From assembly GCF_964204645.1 (NCBI RefSeq), contig NC_134029.1:21012950-21076949 (forward strand): DNA of 64,000 nucleotides. The letters are read 5' to 3'. Shown one piece after another: positions 20,101-35,400 of this stretch. The notes beneath the pieces were generated by a model. It was not told where the DNA came from. It did not search any database and saw only the letters and a program-made list of their open reading frames with translations. Positions within the stretch are counted from its first letter, which is position 1; each line of letters opens with the position of its first letter. A program made the translations under genes and the position numbers. The stretch is from Tubulanus polymorphus (taxonomy: Eukaryota > Animalia > Nemertea).

Positions 20101-23100
20101 TGAAAAGCGCTTATTTTTGCAAAGATTTATGATAGCCTCATCCTGATTAATGCTTGCTTATCTAAGATAATATCTTTATAGTGCTAAAAAGTACTGACAT
20201 TTTGGGCTCATTGTCGTCGCCGGAAATTTCTACCCAGAAATTTTATTGCAGTCTATTATGTCTTTCCAATGACAACTTAGTAAAATCCATAAGTGGTTGT
20301 TTCTTTTGAAATGAATTCTCTTGAATTTGGTTGCCAATGCATTTTCTTATTTCATAGCTTAACCGTTGATTTAGAAAAATACCAGGAATTCATGTTTCTG
20401 GATTCATTTGACTTTCAAAAAATGTTGTTTTTTTTGCTGTAGTCTGACCACTAGAAACCCTGGAAATTTATACAAATGTACGAGTAGTATCCCAATGATG
20501 AAATATATTCTAACCGAAAAGTAAAAACCCTGAATCACAATTAGGAATTTATGAAATTTGGTCTTGTGTGATACGATATCAACCCTAAGTGAATTTCATC
20601 GTGTCAGAAAGTGTGAATATGAACGTTTGTTTTTTGTTCATTGATTTTCAGGCATTCCTCCGGAGAAAATAAACGAGACAATCAACATGAGAATCGAACA
20701 ACTGAACGAACGAGATCAACTCGATGTTAAAGCGATCATTAAGGTAAAAACAATCTCTCGTAATCTGATTTCTAGTACACAGCATGATAACCGCCGGCTT
20801 TTCGAGCTTTTATGCCTGCGAAACGCCGCTTTTATCCTACGCAGAAGTAACAGAAATTTGCTCGTTAATCTTTGCTGTCGTAGTAACGTCTACGAAAAAG
20901 ATTTCTGAAGATATTTCACGTGTTGGCCGCCCCAAAGGCGTATACATAGCTGAGCGGAGAAACCGCGGATATTCGATCGAGTTTTGATTTTCATAATTTC
21001 TCGATCAGTCACTGACGACTGTGCAGTTCGCGCTTCGAAATGACACGTCACAATTCCTATAAATAGACGTGACTTAGACGTCGACTTGATTCAGTAAATG
21101 ATTTGAATAATGTCGTATATTATCATATGTATATAGCGCGTATATCGACTTCTTCCATCGAGAACTGGTCAATAAAATATCTGCGTTTTCGGGTGTGGCT
21201 GTCGTCGTTCGTATAAAACAATAGTTCACTGAGTTTATATATTATTCGATTTGACAGATATTTGTACCGGGTAATTCAATTTTCTGTTAGAAATTGATCG
21301 CGAGTATGATTGATGATTGTCGATACGTCTATATACGTTTCGATATTCAGGGGCAGTCGATGCTTAAGATATATACGGCCGCGTATAGCTCATTTTGATG
21401 GTCAAGCTTAACACAGGGCTCTTGCGGGTTTTGGAAAGTTTTGGAAAATGGGATTTTTCCCCAGGCCCTTTGAAAAGCTATGGAAATTTTGTGTTTAATT
21501 CTCTGTGACTGTGGAAAAGTCGTAGAAAATTAGAAAAAAGCTCTCGAAATATAGGTTTCCTTCGATTTTAAATTTCAGGCTGTATGCCTAATAATTGTCT
21601 TGGTAACAATTTTGTTAACGACCAGTTGTAGCTTTCCAGATAACGCACTGTGCATAGCCGTGACACATTTGATAAAAATCTTTATGAAAACGCTTTTTTC
21701 AATGGTATTGATACGTTTTTGCCTCCAATTTACGTTGAATGGGCGTCTATGTGAATAAAAAGTTTGGAAAAGTGTTTGAGCTATGGAAAATGAAAAAGGT
21801 TGACCCTGAGAACCCTGTCAACAATTAAAGAACACCATTCTGATGTAAGCCTATTTTGCACTGAAAACAATCTAAAAAAAAACAACAGCGGTTTTATATA
21901 GCACCGATATCCAGCGTTAACGACGTAGCCTATCCGAACCTGTCTATCTGATGACCTGTCCTTGATATACGGTTACCTGCGGTGATTCATTAATCATTGA
22001 AATTAAATAATCCAGGTTCATCTAATAATAATAACAGTACATCAATCAATCTATAAAATTAATCATTGCACTGGTACCCACTATGGCTATCACTGGAAAT
22101 AAATCTTGATAAGTCATATTTGGAGGTGTAATGAAAATTGCTTTTGTACTTATTATCTTGTTAGTAAACATACATTATTCCTCGAAAGCATTACGAATAA
22201 GATTTCCCAATGATAATCTAATAGACTAATAGGATTAGCCGTTACTTGTCTTTAATGAAATGATGACCTTTTTGAAAGAAAGCTTTCTCTATGCACTCCT
22301 TTGATATTAGATGGAAAATATGGAACAGATCATCTGATTCCATATAAACAAGGTATAATATCACGCGTTATTAGCTGATTAGTTTTTCTGTCCTACTTTT
22401 CGTATGATTTCCGCTTAACATCTGTAATATCAACGTGAAACGTATTTATCAATGCTATTTTCATATGTATTCGGTCGTTTCGAACATTGTCAGCCGACAG
22501 CTGTGGATGGAAAAATAGACGAGGGTGTCCAGGGTTTTTACTGATCGGGAAATCAGGAAAAATTGGCGAATTCCAGATTTATCTTCGTTTTTTAGAAAAG
22601 TGAATTCCAAATTTATTTTCTTTTTATAGAAAAAATCAGTGAATATTAAGAGAATTCTAATTTTTGGTATCTAGTTGTTCTCTCTAGAATTTAATCACAG
22701 AATGGATTGGTCAAGGTTCATGGAGATATCAGGGAATTTCCCTTATCCGAGCCGCGGATTTTGTTACATGTAACTAACGCATTCTGAAGTGGTATCTCGC
22801 TTGTACGCCGCGGTTCGCTCGTACAGCGATCGGCTCATCCGGATAGATTTCTGATGAGGTGCAGTTAGTATTACCAGGGATTAGGGAACCGTCGACTAAC
22901 GCGACGTACGCGAGTCCATGATAAATTGTAAATGATAATAGAGCGGCGTTATCGATTTTAGACCGTATCGGCGACGGCTGAATTTATCGATCGTCGAACT
23001 GATTTTCTTCGACTCGTAGCTCGTGACACGCAGCCGGCTGCGATTCTCTCTCTTCTCTACTTATGTATCAATTATTTACAGTCGAATGGTTTAAAGATGA

Positions 23101-26100
23101 AGCTCGTCGAGACTCGGGTCAGCGATGAGCGACGTTCATATACGCGGGATTCTGATCTCTTGTGTATTCGCTGTAATTATATACCATAGCTAGAATAACG
23201 TTCGCCTCCGCGTGATGTAGATCCAAAAAGCGATTGTCGAACAGTTTTTCAGTGGCATATACATGCGTGCCCCGAGGATTATTCGAGGAGGTTGAAGTTC
23301 TCTTAAGAAGGGCCGAATCCATTAAATTTCACAATTTTTAAAACAAAAAACCTAGGCTATAATAAAGTCCCTGCAGCTATTATATCTACATGATGCTAAT
23401 TTTCTTATAGAGGTTAAAGCTATAGTCAAGCTGTAAAATAAACTATTCTAAATCTAAATAGTTGTCATAGTGGAAAAGTCTGTGAAGAAGAAATCGTTTT
23501 TCTAATTTTATAAAGGGCACTATGATCCAAAAGGGAGATTATTCGCATCCCATACCCCCCTTGGGGATGCCCATGGTATAGATAAAAGGGAATTCTATCC
23601 ATGATATCTGAAAAATCCTGGCGTAACATGAAATATACTCTCTGTGCACATGGTTTTTATATATCACATGATGCAAGCAATCAGTTGAATGTTTTCAGTA
23701 AGCCACATTTTTCGCGTCTGCATTCGTCCAGCCTTTCACAGTACGATAGATCCATGTGTGAGAGAGCTGTGATGATGTGTCTCTCCGTCCGCTGTATATC
23801 CATCTGGTTCATTTAATCCTAATCCGGTTCTGTAATCTTCGATGTCGCGCTGGAAAAATGATATGACACAATCTCATCGAGAGACGTATTAGTTTTCGTC
23901 GGCGCGGCGTAACCCGTCATGCGTCCATGTTATGGGATTATTACGTCAGAAACTGCCATTAATGGCTTTAAATCTTGTGTCGCGTGGTCTAGTGCCGGCG
24001 CTGGCACGGGGAATTACCGAGAAGTAGTGACATCGGGTCGATTTTACTCGACGCGACAAAATCCTTCCAACTGTCTTTTCGGCAGATTGATTTTGTTTGT
24101 CACGCTTGTTGGACACCTCTAACTCGTCTGGAAACGAGTGATATTTGTGGTTATTTTCGTACTGATCGATCTCTCGAAATAGAAGCAGTAACCGTTAAGA
24201 CATATAGTACTTCGAAGGTTAACAAGATTTATTTTTAAGTAGAAGCTTTCGCAACTAGTGCATATTAGCTTCATCAGGCACAGTCAGTACAGTCAATCCA
24301 GAAACAACAGTATTTAACATGGGATATACTAGTTGTTTCTGCATTGACTGTGCTCATTTACCCGATGAAGCTACTATGCACTAATAGCGAAAAGCTCGGT
24401 ACTCAAATAAACTTAGTTAACCTTCAAAGTACTATTCGTCTTAACGCTTATCGATGCTACACCAAGTTAACACAGCTTCTCTACAACTGATTCAACGTAG
24501 TGCGTACACGTGAATGATATTGTTTTCCATATTACTATATTTCGATAGGCTGACGATCCGACGACGATACGCGATCGTAACGAAGTTCAAATGAAAGCTC
24601 TGCGACTGGTGAGCGAAGCCAGACAGCAGGAACATATCCACATCAACGACCCGAACAGATCGCAAAACAGAAAAAACGAGGTTTGTATTCCTGGATTCTT
24701 TTAGTCATGAGATCGGTATTTTTCTTTATAACGCTACTACCGATATATTATCACCGAGTTCTACAATTCAGAGTTTAAGGAGCTTTATTCAAGAGTTACC
24801 AGGGTTAGGTAATGAATTGGGGAATGAACTTATTTTGACTTGTGAGAGTTAAATCTCTTGACAATGATCGTGAAATTGGGTTACTGAATATGTTACAAGT
24901 GATATAAAAAGGACCTAGATAACCCAACGTAGCAGTTGTATTATTTTGGAGCCATCCATAAAGTGTCTCGCCCGGCGTATCTGAAAACGTTTCTCAAATC
25001 TGGAAGAGTCCTCAATGGAGCATACAAATTATCTCATCCATGGTTTGTAGCTAGCCTGCTACTTAGACTACTATATTTGGAAAAAGAATTGTTAAAAGAC
25101 CTGATTTAAAAAGTGCTGAAAATTGTTAACTCTGACTAAAGAGCCATCAAATTTTTGTCAAGGATTCATGATTGTGATAATGGCAATGAACTGTCCTAAT
25201 TCATGAATGACATAGTTGGTTTCCATAGGTTATTGTTACGGTTTGACAAAATTATGATGAGCAGTTAAAATGTCTATCATAGATGCAATTCCCTAAAAAA
25301 AAGTACCGCAAACTCCTTTTTCCGCACCATAAGTGCTGAAAGGAGCTTACTTTTGCTGCTACAAACCGTGTCATCTATTATCTTTCATTTCGATGTTCCG
25401 TTTCAAAAAGCTTCAACATCTTTGTAACGTAGTTCTGTTGAAGTATGTACAGATCTCAGGTGAAATGCTTTTAAATTAGAAATATCTGCAAACTGAAATA
25501 GATATACACACGTTCTAAACAGGTATATCAGTTTCAGTTGTCAATCATAGCTGTTCTATTTCCCTTCTGAAAATCTAAATTTAAATTCGAACTATTTAAA
25601 CTGAACGCGAACTGAACTGAAAATTCTTCTTTATTCTTCGTAGTTTACGCTGCTGGATCCGCTGAGAGTTAGGCCAGTTTCGCGCTTGGACACGCTGAAA
25701 AACAAAGCGAAACGTTCGCTGGCGAATTCCTTCGAGAATCTGATTAATCGGGTACGTAACACTACATCCAACAAACCCACGCGCAATTTTACCTTTTCTC
25801 CATCGAGAATTATTTATGCACCTAAAAATTCTATGTATGATTTTTTAAGAAATCCGGGCTTTTTCTGTAAATATTTCTATATATCTCCTGCTTTCGTCAT
25901 TCAGTTTCCGTGAAATTTTCAAATTCATATTCAAATTATCTATAATAGCTACTAATAAAACGCTTAAATACTTCAAAAACCATTAATTATGGGCTTAGCT
26001 CGTGACGATTTTGTTATATTTCATGCTGCTGTTTACATGTGTTTCCAAAAATCAAGCGAATTATATCCAATTATTATATATTTCATGTGTTAGAAAGGCT

Positions 26101-29100
26101 TTTTATGTCTGGCTTGCCTCAATTCCTAGAAATTACCAGTGTGTGTTTATATTGTATTCCCTAATTCTTCACTAAATGTAGCGTACACGGCTTATTGTTA
26201 GTCTTCCATTTGGTCACCAGGTGGTGTTGCTTTTTATCGTTGCTTGATTTGTTTTCAAGGGTCGAAGAAGTAGTGGTGATTTATTCCAGCTTCCTCCTAT
26301 CGAACATAGAGGGCGCTCTTCGTCGTTAATTCCAGTTATCGACAGCAGCGGCAATCAACCCTACACTGTGAGTCACGGGTTACCCTTCCTCCCCCTGGTG
26401 GTGAAAACCAAACTTCATATTCATGGTTTGTTGCAAGTATTCTTAGTGCTACTTTTTGGAGAAAAAAACTTGTTAAGGTCCTGATTCGTGCTTTTTACAA
26501 AAATGTCAAAAAGTGTTTCTTTTTGACTTACAAGTCATCTGAAAAACTTCTATCACAACATTCATAATTGTGATATTTAGAGCTAATAAATAATCAAAAG
26601 CCAAGCACACATCACTTCTGGGCAATCAACACATGTCCTAGCACATGAATGACATGAGTGATTTGTCCATAAGATAAATCATATTGACCGGTTACACCGT
26701 CTATCATAAAAAGTGCTGCTTTTTCCAAAAGTGTTGAAAAGCGCTAACTTTATCCTCGAGGCCTTATTGCTACAAACCATGAATCGCGCATAACTGATTA
26801 TTGCAATGTAAAGGTAGAAGAAATCCATAAAATCGCATGATTTCCTCGTGATAAATGTGGCTAATTTGATGAATACCGAATATAGCGTGACTCTTGAAAT
26901 ATAGAATAATGACCTGGAAACTGCTATGCATATCTATTGTCTCGATAAAACTACGATACTATCGCACTATCGCAGTCGGGTCTGATTTCTTACGTACTTA
27001 AAAAAAAAAACTGTTGCCCGATCAAAATCGTAAATATATGAACTTTACGCATAAATGTTTTTATGTTATTATTTCGTCTGTTGAGATATCAATAAAAGTC
27101 TGTGAATAACAAAGCATGTCATATACATTTCGAAAGATTGACCTATGTTAATCATGCAAAAAAGTGCTTAGATTATAGAATATTTCGATAAGAATGCGCT
27201 GTTTTTCTTGAAGATACATTTTCAAACTCGTAAATGTTTCTTCTTAATTTCCTTATTAAGTTTTTCGAAGGTATTATTGAAATTAATACGTTAGTAAACC
27301 TCGCCTTGCTCGGACATGGCCATCGAACACTTTCGACGAAAACGAAATCATTTTTCTGACTTCCTACCGTATTTCCTATCCTTATCTCGGACTTCGCTTA
27401 CCTCCGTGCAATTTTTCCGGTCCCAGTTTGTCCGAATTAGGCTAGGTTTACTGTATTATCAACGATAAGCGTACTATTTCCAAAAATGAACTGACTTCAT
27501 TTTCCGCTATGTAGGATTCGTCGGCAGCGAACACGCCCGATGCATCGCCGTGTCAGTCGCCGATTAAGAAAGAATTCGACAAGAATCCGTTTCGTAGCAA
27601 TGACCCGATCAATCGTAGACGTAGCGCCACCGTGGACGGCTCGACTCCGGCAGTCAGCAGGAAGATCTCGGCCCCGGCTCGCATTACCGATTTATGGAAG
27701 GAGAAATTCAACGAGTTGAAAGCTCACGCCGATAATCCTATATTGCGCACGCATAGCCCTAAATCTGCGTAAGTCCACTATCCGTTGGATGTAAGATAAG
27801 TTGTTTGAGGTCTATCCTCTCACCTATCCTATCAAGTATGGATTTGAATTTGATTTGAGCACTTCAAATTGTATGAAAATTTTCAAAACTAATTTTGGTT
27901 TTGTGACATCTAGACGTACCAGTATAGAAACTGAGTATTTTTGTCTGTTCAAAAGATCATTTCAGCCATATTGATTTCTTTTTCTATATTTGAAGCAGTA
28001 TTACATATAACAGGGTGGTCACTTACCTCGAAATCAGCGAAATGTCAGGGAATTTTTTTTCTTTAAAAGAAGTCAGCCAATTTTGTATGAAAAACCCAAA
28101 AATCAGGGAAAAGTCTGAGAAATTTGTTGGTATACCCTGTATAATTAATAAATGTATATATATATGTATATTTGTACGTATATGATTTTTCAGATTGTTT
28201 CGTAATGAAAGTGATCATAATGCCGGTAGCCCTTCTCCATCTCATTCCTCCAGCAGTATGACAGCTACTCCGATTACTCCGCGTGGACGTCGTGGATCAT
28301 GGAGGCAACAGATATTCATCAGCGTCGTCACTCCGGTTCATTCGCCGAAACCTCCCAGAATCGAAGGTACGATTTTGTATCAAAATATTACAATGAATTA
28401 AGTCAATCGACTATGAATTAAGTCAATCACCGGGATTTGAGTTGAAAGACCTAAGTCCAAAAGTGGTCTTCAATCTTAAGACAGGTCTTAAATTGTTAGA
28501 TTTGCTATAGAACAAAGATTGTCTTTGACTGATCTAAAATCTAAGCCATGACTATGGAACTCACGCTTTAGTGTTGGTTATGATTTAGCCCCTGGCCACA
28601 TTTCCTATTGCAATTATAACTATTTTTCATTGTTGCGATACTAGTCATCACCCGGCACATAGCAGATTCATCCCTTAGGATAATATTGACTCCAAGTCTA
28701 CAAAACTGCCCCTGGCAAACCATCTAATTACCCACTTGGTCCTAAATTTGTGGATTGTTTTTGGTCTCGTTGGAATGTAACTATCGATACAATTCAGCCA
28801 TTAGTTCCATTCTCGAAAACGTTTTAAGCCCTTCGATTAAACGGTGAATGTAATCGTATTTTAGAAGCGGTAGAACCCGAAGATTTGTTGGATTATTCGA
28901 AAACCGGTCAGAAACTATCGTCAGCCGCCCTGAGAGCTCTGTGGAAGAAAGCTATACTGGAAACCGTTTTACTCATCCGTATGGAGAAGGAAAATAAAAG
29001 TTTACAAGGTAAGAAGAGAATCGTAACTTGCCAGTAAACAAATTTTGCCTGGTTTCAGTGAGCTACGTAGATCAACTGAGTACGAATGTAAAAATCATTC

Positions 29101-29435
29101 TTAACTGTTTAGAATTCTGAAACTGTTCACAAGAAGGTGTTATTTAGAAGCGACTTATTGGAAACGCCACGATTTGTAAATCATTTCTATTGAGCGAAGT
29201 CGTAAATTCTGCTATCAGATTTCTTCAAAACTATGCATACAATTCCCACTGTTCGAATTTGGAATCTCGAGGTTTTGTGGCTCAATAAAAAAAAAAAACC
29301 GAATGCTTCGAATTCTGAATTCTAACGTTCGGACTTCAATTTCCTAAAACACCAACTAGTGAAAGGCTTCATTGAATTAGAGTTGGTATATATTAATCAT
29401 TAACTTAAGAGATAAAGCTATACCAGGATGTGCGG

Positions 29436-29470
<35 letters not shown>

Positions 29471-32400
29471 TATATGTATATTCTCATGGTATGATTGATT
29501 TGTAATAATAGTTTTCTAATCAAATTCCCTATAATGATAGAAGTACATTAATATCGAGCTGTGGCAGTGAAATATTGCGTGGTGACGGTCGTTTTTATAA
29601 TGTAACTATATCACTATTTATCACACAGAGTGTTACTTTGAAAATAAAAAGTTAGAAGGTATGTGTGTTACTCGTATCTACAAATCACACTGCTGACCTA
29701 TCCTCAATCAGGTTCGCAAACGTAACCCTGGCTCTTCCTCTCCCTCCCTCTCTCTCTCTCTCTCGCAAACTCTGATTGAGGATATTCGGGGCTCATGTTC
29801 GGTTGTCGTGCATGGGGCTGTTTGATCGTGTTGAGGCTAATGCTAAACATAAATCACCCCCTAAGCCTTGCTTAAACGAAGCATCAATTCATTAACCCTT
29901 TCAGTACTGACTAATTATTAATTACCCTATAGTGCTGGAAATAATTTGAAAATTTTGAAACAAATAGCTTAATTACATCAATACACCGCAGTGCAGCGTA
30001 CCAACAAAATCGATCACCGATTTATACACCGCACTGCGGTGTAGATGCATTGAAAGGGTTAAGCTGACCTGTGTTTTACCTGTTCTTGCCTTATCCGATA
30101 TATCTACATAACCGTTATTAGATAGCGGGTTATTCTATTCACTAAGGCTGATATACTCGACTCATTAACCCAACCGATCATGCTTTGTTTAAGCGAGGAA
30201 TTTCTTACTTAACCAATCCTAACAAACCATATATCCGTAATATACATATGATACTATTAACACGTTTCCATCCTCTTTAGGTTATTTTGTAATATACGGG
30301 TGTAGGTCTATAGTGTTATTCAAAGGTGAGAGAATCTGGTGTATTGTAGTGGAAGTGTAGTAGTATTATTACCCCTGGATGTATGTTCAAATCCTTGTAG
30401 GTAGATGTTATGTATGTTTGTGATTTGGTAGTTATAACCGGCAAAGAAACATCAGGTAGAATGATTCATTGACACAATATGACCTCATAGAATTCTTCGA
30501 TTAATCATTACAAAAGCTAATCAATTTGTTAAAATGTTTACATTTGTTTATTGACATTATTGTTTATAGAATACAAAAGGTAGAGGATCTATTCTCTCAG
30601 TTTTTAAAAAGGAATGCACCTGTTTACTTTTAAGCAATTAGTTGGCAAACTTATTTGTCAGCGTGACTGTTTGTGGTTCAGCTTTATTGCCAATGAACCC
30701 AAGTATCAAAAACTGTTTAGAGAATACCCAATCAGTCAAAACATTGTATTTAGATGATGAGAGTGAACAATTTACAATCATTAGTTAGAAAATAATCAGT
30801 TTGCAAACCGTTAAGTAATTTGTATTTCTTAATTGACAATCTGGGTATATGAAGTGGGTTTGGGTCTACGGGTATTAACCCAGTGTTAGTTCGGAACCAC
30901 CCAGAGAAACACCTAGAAAAGACTATCGTGGATTGTTAGAATATGGATTTATTGATTCCAGTTCTTCAACGACTCAAAAGGAAAAGACGTAAGCATCGTA
31001 TTGATCTGTAACTTGCGAAGATTTTTTTGACCCAGTAAAAACCATTACAATTATGTTTATATACATTGATACCTAGCGCGCAATATTTAAGGGGTTCTGT
31101 GTTGAGGTTTCAAAATAACAACTACTATTGGGCATTTATTTTGTAAACAAATATATTTCATAACCCTTATTTTATTTTTTTGATGAATTTTGATGATTAT
31201 TTTTTGAGAGGATGTGCGATATGTCATCAATATATCAGGGGCCTGGGCTTGTTGCCGGTCATTTCAATTATTGATATATTCAAATCCAAAATAACTTCAC
31301 TAATCCTTGATAACATAATAATCTATATTATATTATTCATTGTCGCAATGAATATATAATACATATATGTGTTATTTTTCAAGGCGAAGTTAGTTTCCTT
31401 GTTATCGCCTACTTACTGTGGATAGTTATATTTCTCATCTAAATCTTGCGTCTGTTGATGTTATCACGAAGTATTCACCTGGTATCATTTAATTGCCGTC
31501 AGAATCGAGGATATCTTTTGCACATTTTCCTATCGCCGATCTCATCTTAAGATAACCGATAATTTTCACAGCTGTGGTTTGGAAAAAATAGATCCCCGTG
31601 GAAGAAATCAATTTCGATAATCTGGATGTCGTTTAGCGAGAAATTTTCGTTTCTCCGAAAAAAAAAGCGTATGTAAATCAGGGTCACTACGAATCCTCGA
31701 TGCCTTAAAAACTCCGTCTAAATGGAAAATGCTTGAAGCTCCTTTAATTTAAGCAAAATACCTTAAACTCCTTTAACCCTTTCAGTGCTGACTAATCAAT
31801 ACCCTATCGTGCTGGAGATAATTTGATTATTTAAAAAATTTCCACCCTAGTGTGTTGAATAACAGGAATACCACTATAATACGTCTACAACGCGGCGCGG
31901 TGTATCGTTAGTTACTAGTATTTCACTATGTTTGACAGGTGCTGCCATTTTTCAAGAGATAATGACTAATTACTGATATCATCAATACAACTCATTGCGG
32001 TGTACTAGCAAAATCCATCACCGATTTGTACACCGCACTGCGGTGTAGACGCACTGAAACTTACATTTTTGAAAAATAGGTAATTCGATTTTTGTCTAGT
32101 AGACAGTTGGAACCAGGATTTTTTGTTGCCCTATGAGTCTACAGTAATTGAAATATGAAATTGATGCAGACACTTTCTCAAAATTTTCTCCTTTAAAACT
32201 CCTTGAAAACTCAATTGATCCAGGAATGTTTGATCTGTAGGGACCCCGTTAATGGACTATCATTAGGACTATAGGTTGATCTTCAGTTGTGGGCAGTCGG
32301 TATTTGAGCACGTGTATAAGCCATGGACGTGTAAATACAACTTAGCTTATTATTTATTGGCCACGTTCCCAATTGATAATATTATAACTAGCTACCATTG

Positions 32401-35400
32401 ATAGCCATTAGATACACTATTCTTACTGTACATTAGAACAAATGCACTTTCGTCAGGCCGATAGTGTGAGGAGTTCTTTTTTTTGCTTAAGTTTACAGAA
32501 AAGCGAGTAAACTTTTCTTGGATCTAAAGGACTTTCGGAAAATAAGATTGGATTAATAATTACTTTAGTCGGTACACACAGGATGACATAGATTTGAAGA
32601 GATTTCTGGAGTAATATATTAGATTGATGGGAATATTGTTCTATTGTTTGCGATGGAGGAAGGAGACAGTAGCTGTACCGACGCAGATTGCGATTCCAGT
32701 CAGCTTGCGTTCAGTGTCGATACTCCGGTTACGAACATGCCGAACCGGCTGAAGGCTAACGGCTTACCGATGGCTACGATAAAAGAAGAAAACGATATAT
32801 TGTTTATCAGTTGTAGCATGAATAAGTACCTTCATCAAATAGTCAATAATCTGTACTCGGATCAGCAAAATTGTGGTAAGTTTACGTCCACTGAAATAAA
32901 GTTCGCCCGGGGGAGGGGGGGCGGGCAAAGAATAATGAGCTCGCCTATGTTTTATCTATAAAGAGTAGATATCAGAATTGTGATCTGCTTGAAAATAGAA
33001 AAAAATTACAAGTTTGCGAGACAGGTTATTGTCAGAACATTGTAATCAAAGAAAAGAAACGTAAATAACATTTTTATTGACCATATTGTGGTATAACGGT
33101 CAAATCAGAGTCAAATCTAACTTTAACTTATGGAAATCTGATTTCCATATTATTCATTGGATTCAAATTTGAACGCGTGTTACTTGCAGCTTGTAATGAT
33201 TTCCGAGCGCACATTGCGTATTAGACACGTATTAGCGGTAATTATGAGATGATTTCCGAGATGAAAGTACTTCAATCTGCGGTTACTGTTTCCTATAATT
33301 ACCGCCCGATCGCCGGAACTCGCTGCGTATCATTATCGAATTGCGAACAGATTTTTACGATTTTTGCTTCCCACGAAAATTGTTTCGTAGATATTTTCGT
33401 TTCCGCGTTTGGATAGTTAACGTATACAGTAGCGGAAAATTAATAATTATCGCGGCGATAATAAAGTCAACATATCAGGAATTCTAATTTGATCTATTTA
33501 CGCTGATTATCGTTTAGGTTTCTGTGCGTATCTGATAATGTTGAGTACAATGTCTAAATAATGGTTAGTAAAATGTCTGAATAGTAGAACGTAACACTTT
33601 CGAGATATGCTGTTATTTATTCGATTATGTTTGGTAAAAAATTAATTGAAGCTCCAGGTACCTGTTTCATTGATTGGGTATTTGATTAATTCCTGGTAGA
33701 TTTTTTACGCCACATAATAATTGATATACAAAAAAAAAACATAGAAAATATGATTGCAATTTAAAAATGTCCTCTAAGGTTCCCCCATGAACCTAGGAAT
33801 TCAGTCCCAGGATAGAGTAATATGTATAAATGTGTTTTGACTTTGAACTTAGAGGTTTCAATCGCTGTAATTTAAGTTAGTCTTTTCGACGTCTGTGCAA
33901 TAAATCAAAGGAAATCCAGACTTAAGCTCGCCATAAAGCTAATGTTTTTCATTGACTTCCGAACAATAGGACATTAGCGCAAGAGTGCTTCTAAACTGAT
34001 TGTGAAATCTTAAGGTCATTACCCAAATTGTATTTATGAATTTCGAATTTCGGTTCTAAATTTATCCGCGAATGTCATTCTTCCGCCGGTTTGAATCGCG
34101 CTACGCGATTTCAACGACGAAAATTACGTCATTTCGCGAAATGTATTGGCAACATTTTTGGCAAGATGATCTAACCTCCTTGACGCCTATTCAGCAACTA
34201 ATTGGAAATACCACCGGCGATCAGGTAAAACCCACAAATTAATGAATTCGACATAGACCACCTCATAGGTAGTTAGATATATGCAGTTATTTAGGAGACG
34301 GTGTGCCCGGTTAGTACTCGCGCCGGTGATGAGTGTTGACTCAGCGTTCAACAGTAACAGTAATACCGCTGTCATCGTAAGTGCACGACCAAGTATGGTT
34401 AACCTCATTACGAGTCTACTGAAAAACTCTCCCGGAAATAAGTCACTACTGTTCTCCTCTTCGCCGTCGTTAATACAATGAAATAATCGACTGTTTCCTT
34501 CATTCGGCGTACGCGAAAACAGATCGAAACAGATCTAAGCGATTTCTTATTCGTTTGGGTTTCGAGCGTTGAGGATTTAATGGGGTTTTACGGTAATAAC
34601 CAACGAAATATGGGAATTATGGACACCGCGTTCAGAATCCAGATGTTTTTGGCGTCTCATGTAGGTGAGTTTTAAGATAAACACGAATTGAGATTTTTTT
34701 TTTAGCTGCGTTATCGGTATTGAGCATGATAATTTCGGCAGTTTTTGTCAGAATGTCTGTTGGATTTTTTGTTGTATTTTCTCTTAAGTGTCGAAATGCA
34801 TGATTTTGTTGTGTGACTAAGTAAAGGCAGGATAATGGAACTTATAATGACATGACGCTTTTATGCTGTCAAAAGAAAGTTTTTTTTCGCTGTGATCATT
34901 GCGTGCAATGTTGGTGCAAAGTTGAGCAAGTATGAGTAATACAACAAGTTTACCGGGGAGTTTTTTCTAAACTCGAATATCAAATTACTTATTTCAGAGA
35001 TATTAGTTAAAATGTTTTTTGATGCAACTTGTTTAGAATACAAATTTTTCCTTGTATTTTTAAATTTTCTACACTTCCTTTATTACTAATTCTGCAGGTC
35101 GCGAAGTAGTTTAATTTGTTTGATTGATTGATTTATTTTCATAGAACTGTATATAATACAAGTACAAAATTAAACATTTCTGTATGGCATTACAAAATTA
35201 ACACTCTTATTACAAAAAAAGTAACAACTTATAAGATGATAGTCTATGGTTGACAGCCCAACTGGAATATATGAATTATTTAACTGGAATATATGAATTA
35301 GTCAAACAAGATAAAGAAAAGAAATTTAGTCAATATCGGTTAATGTAACCAGGGGCCAGTTGCATAGTCACAGCTTAGATTTAAGACTGGTCTAAGACCA

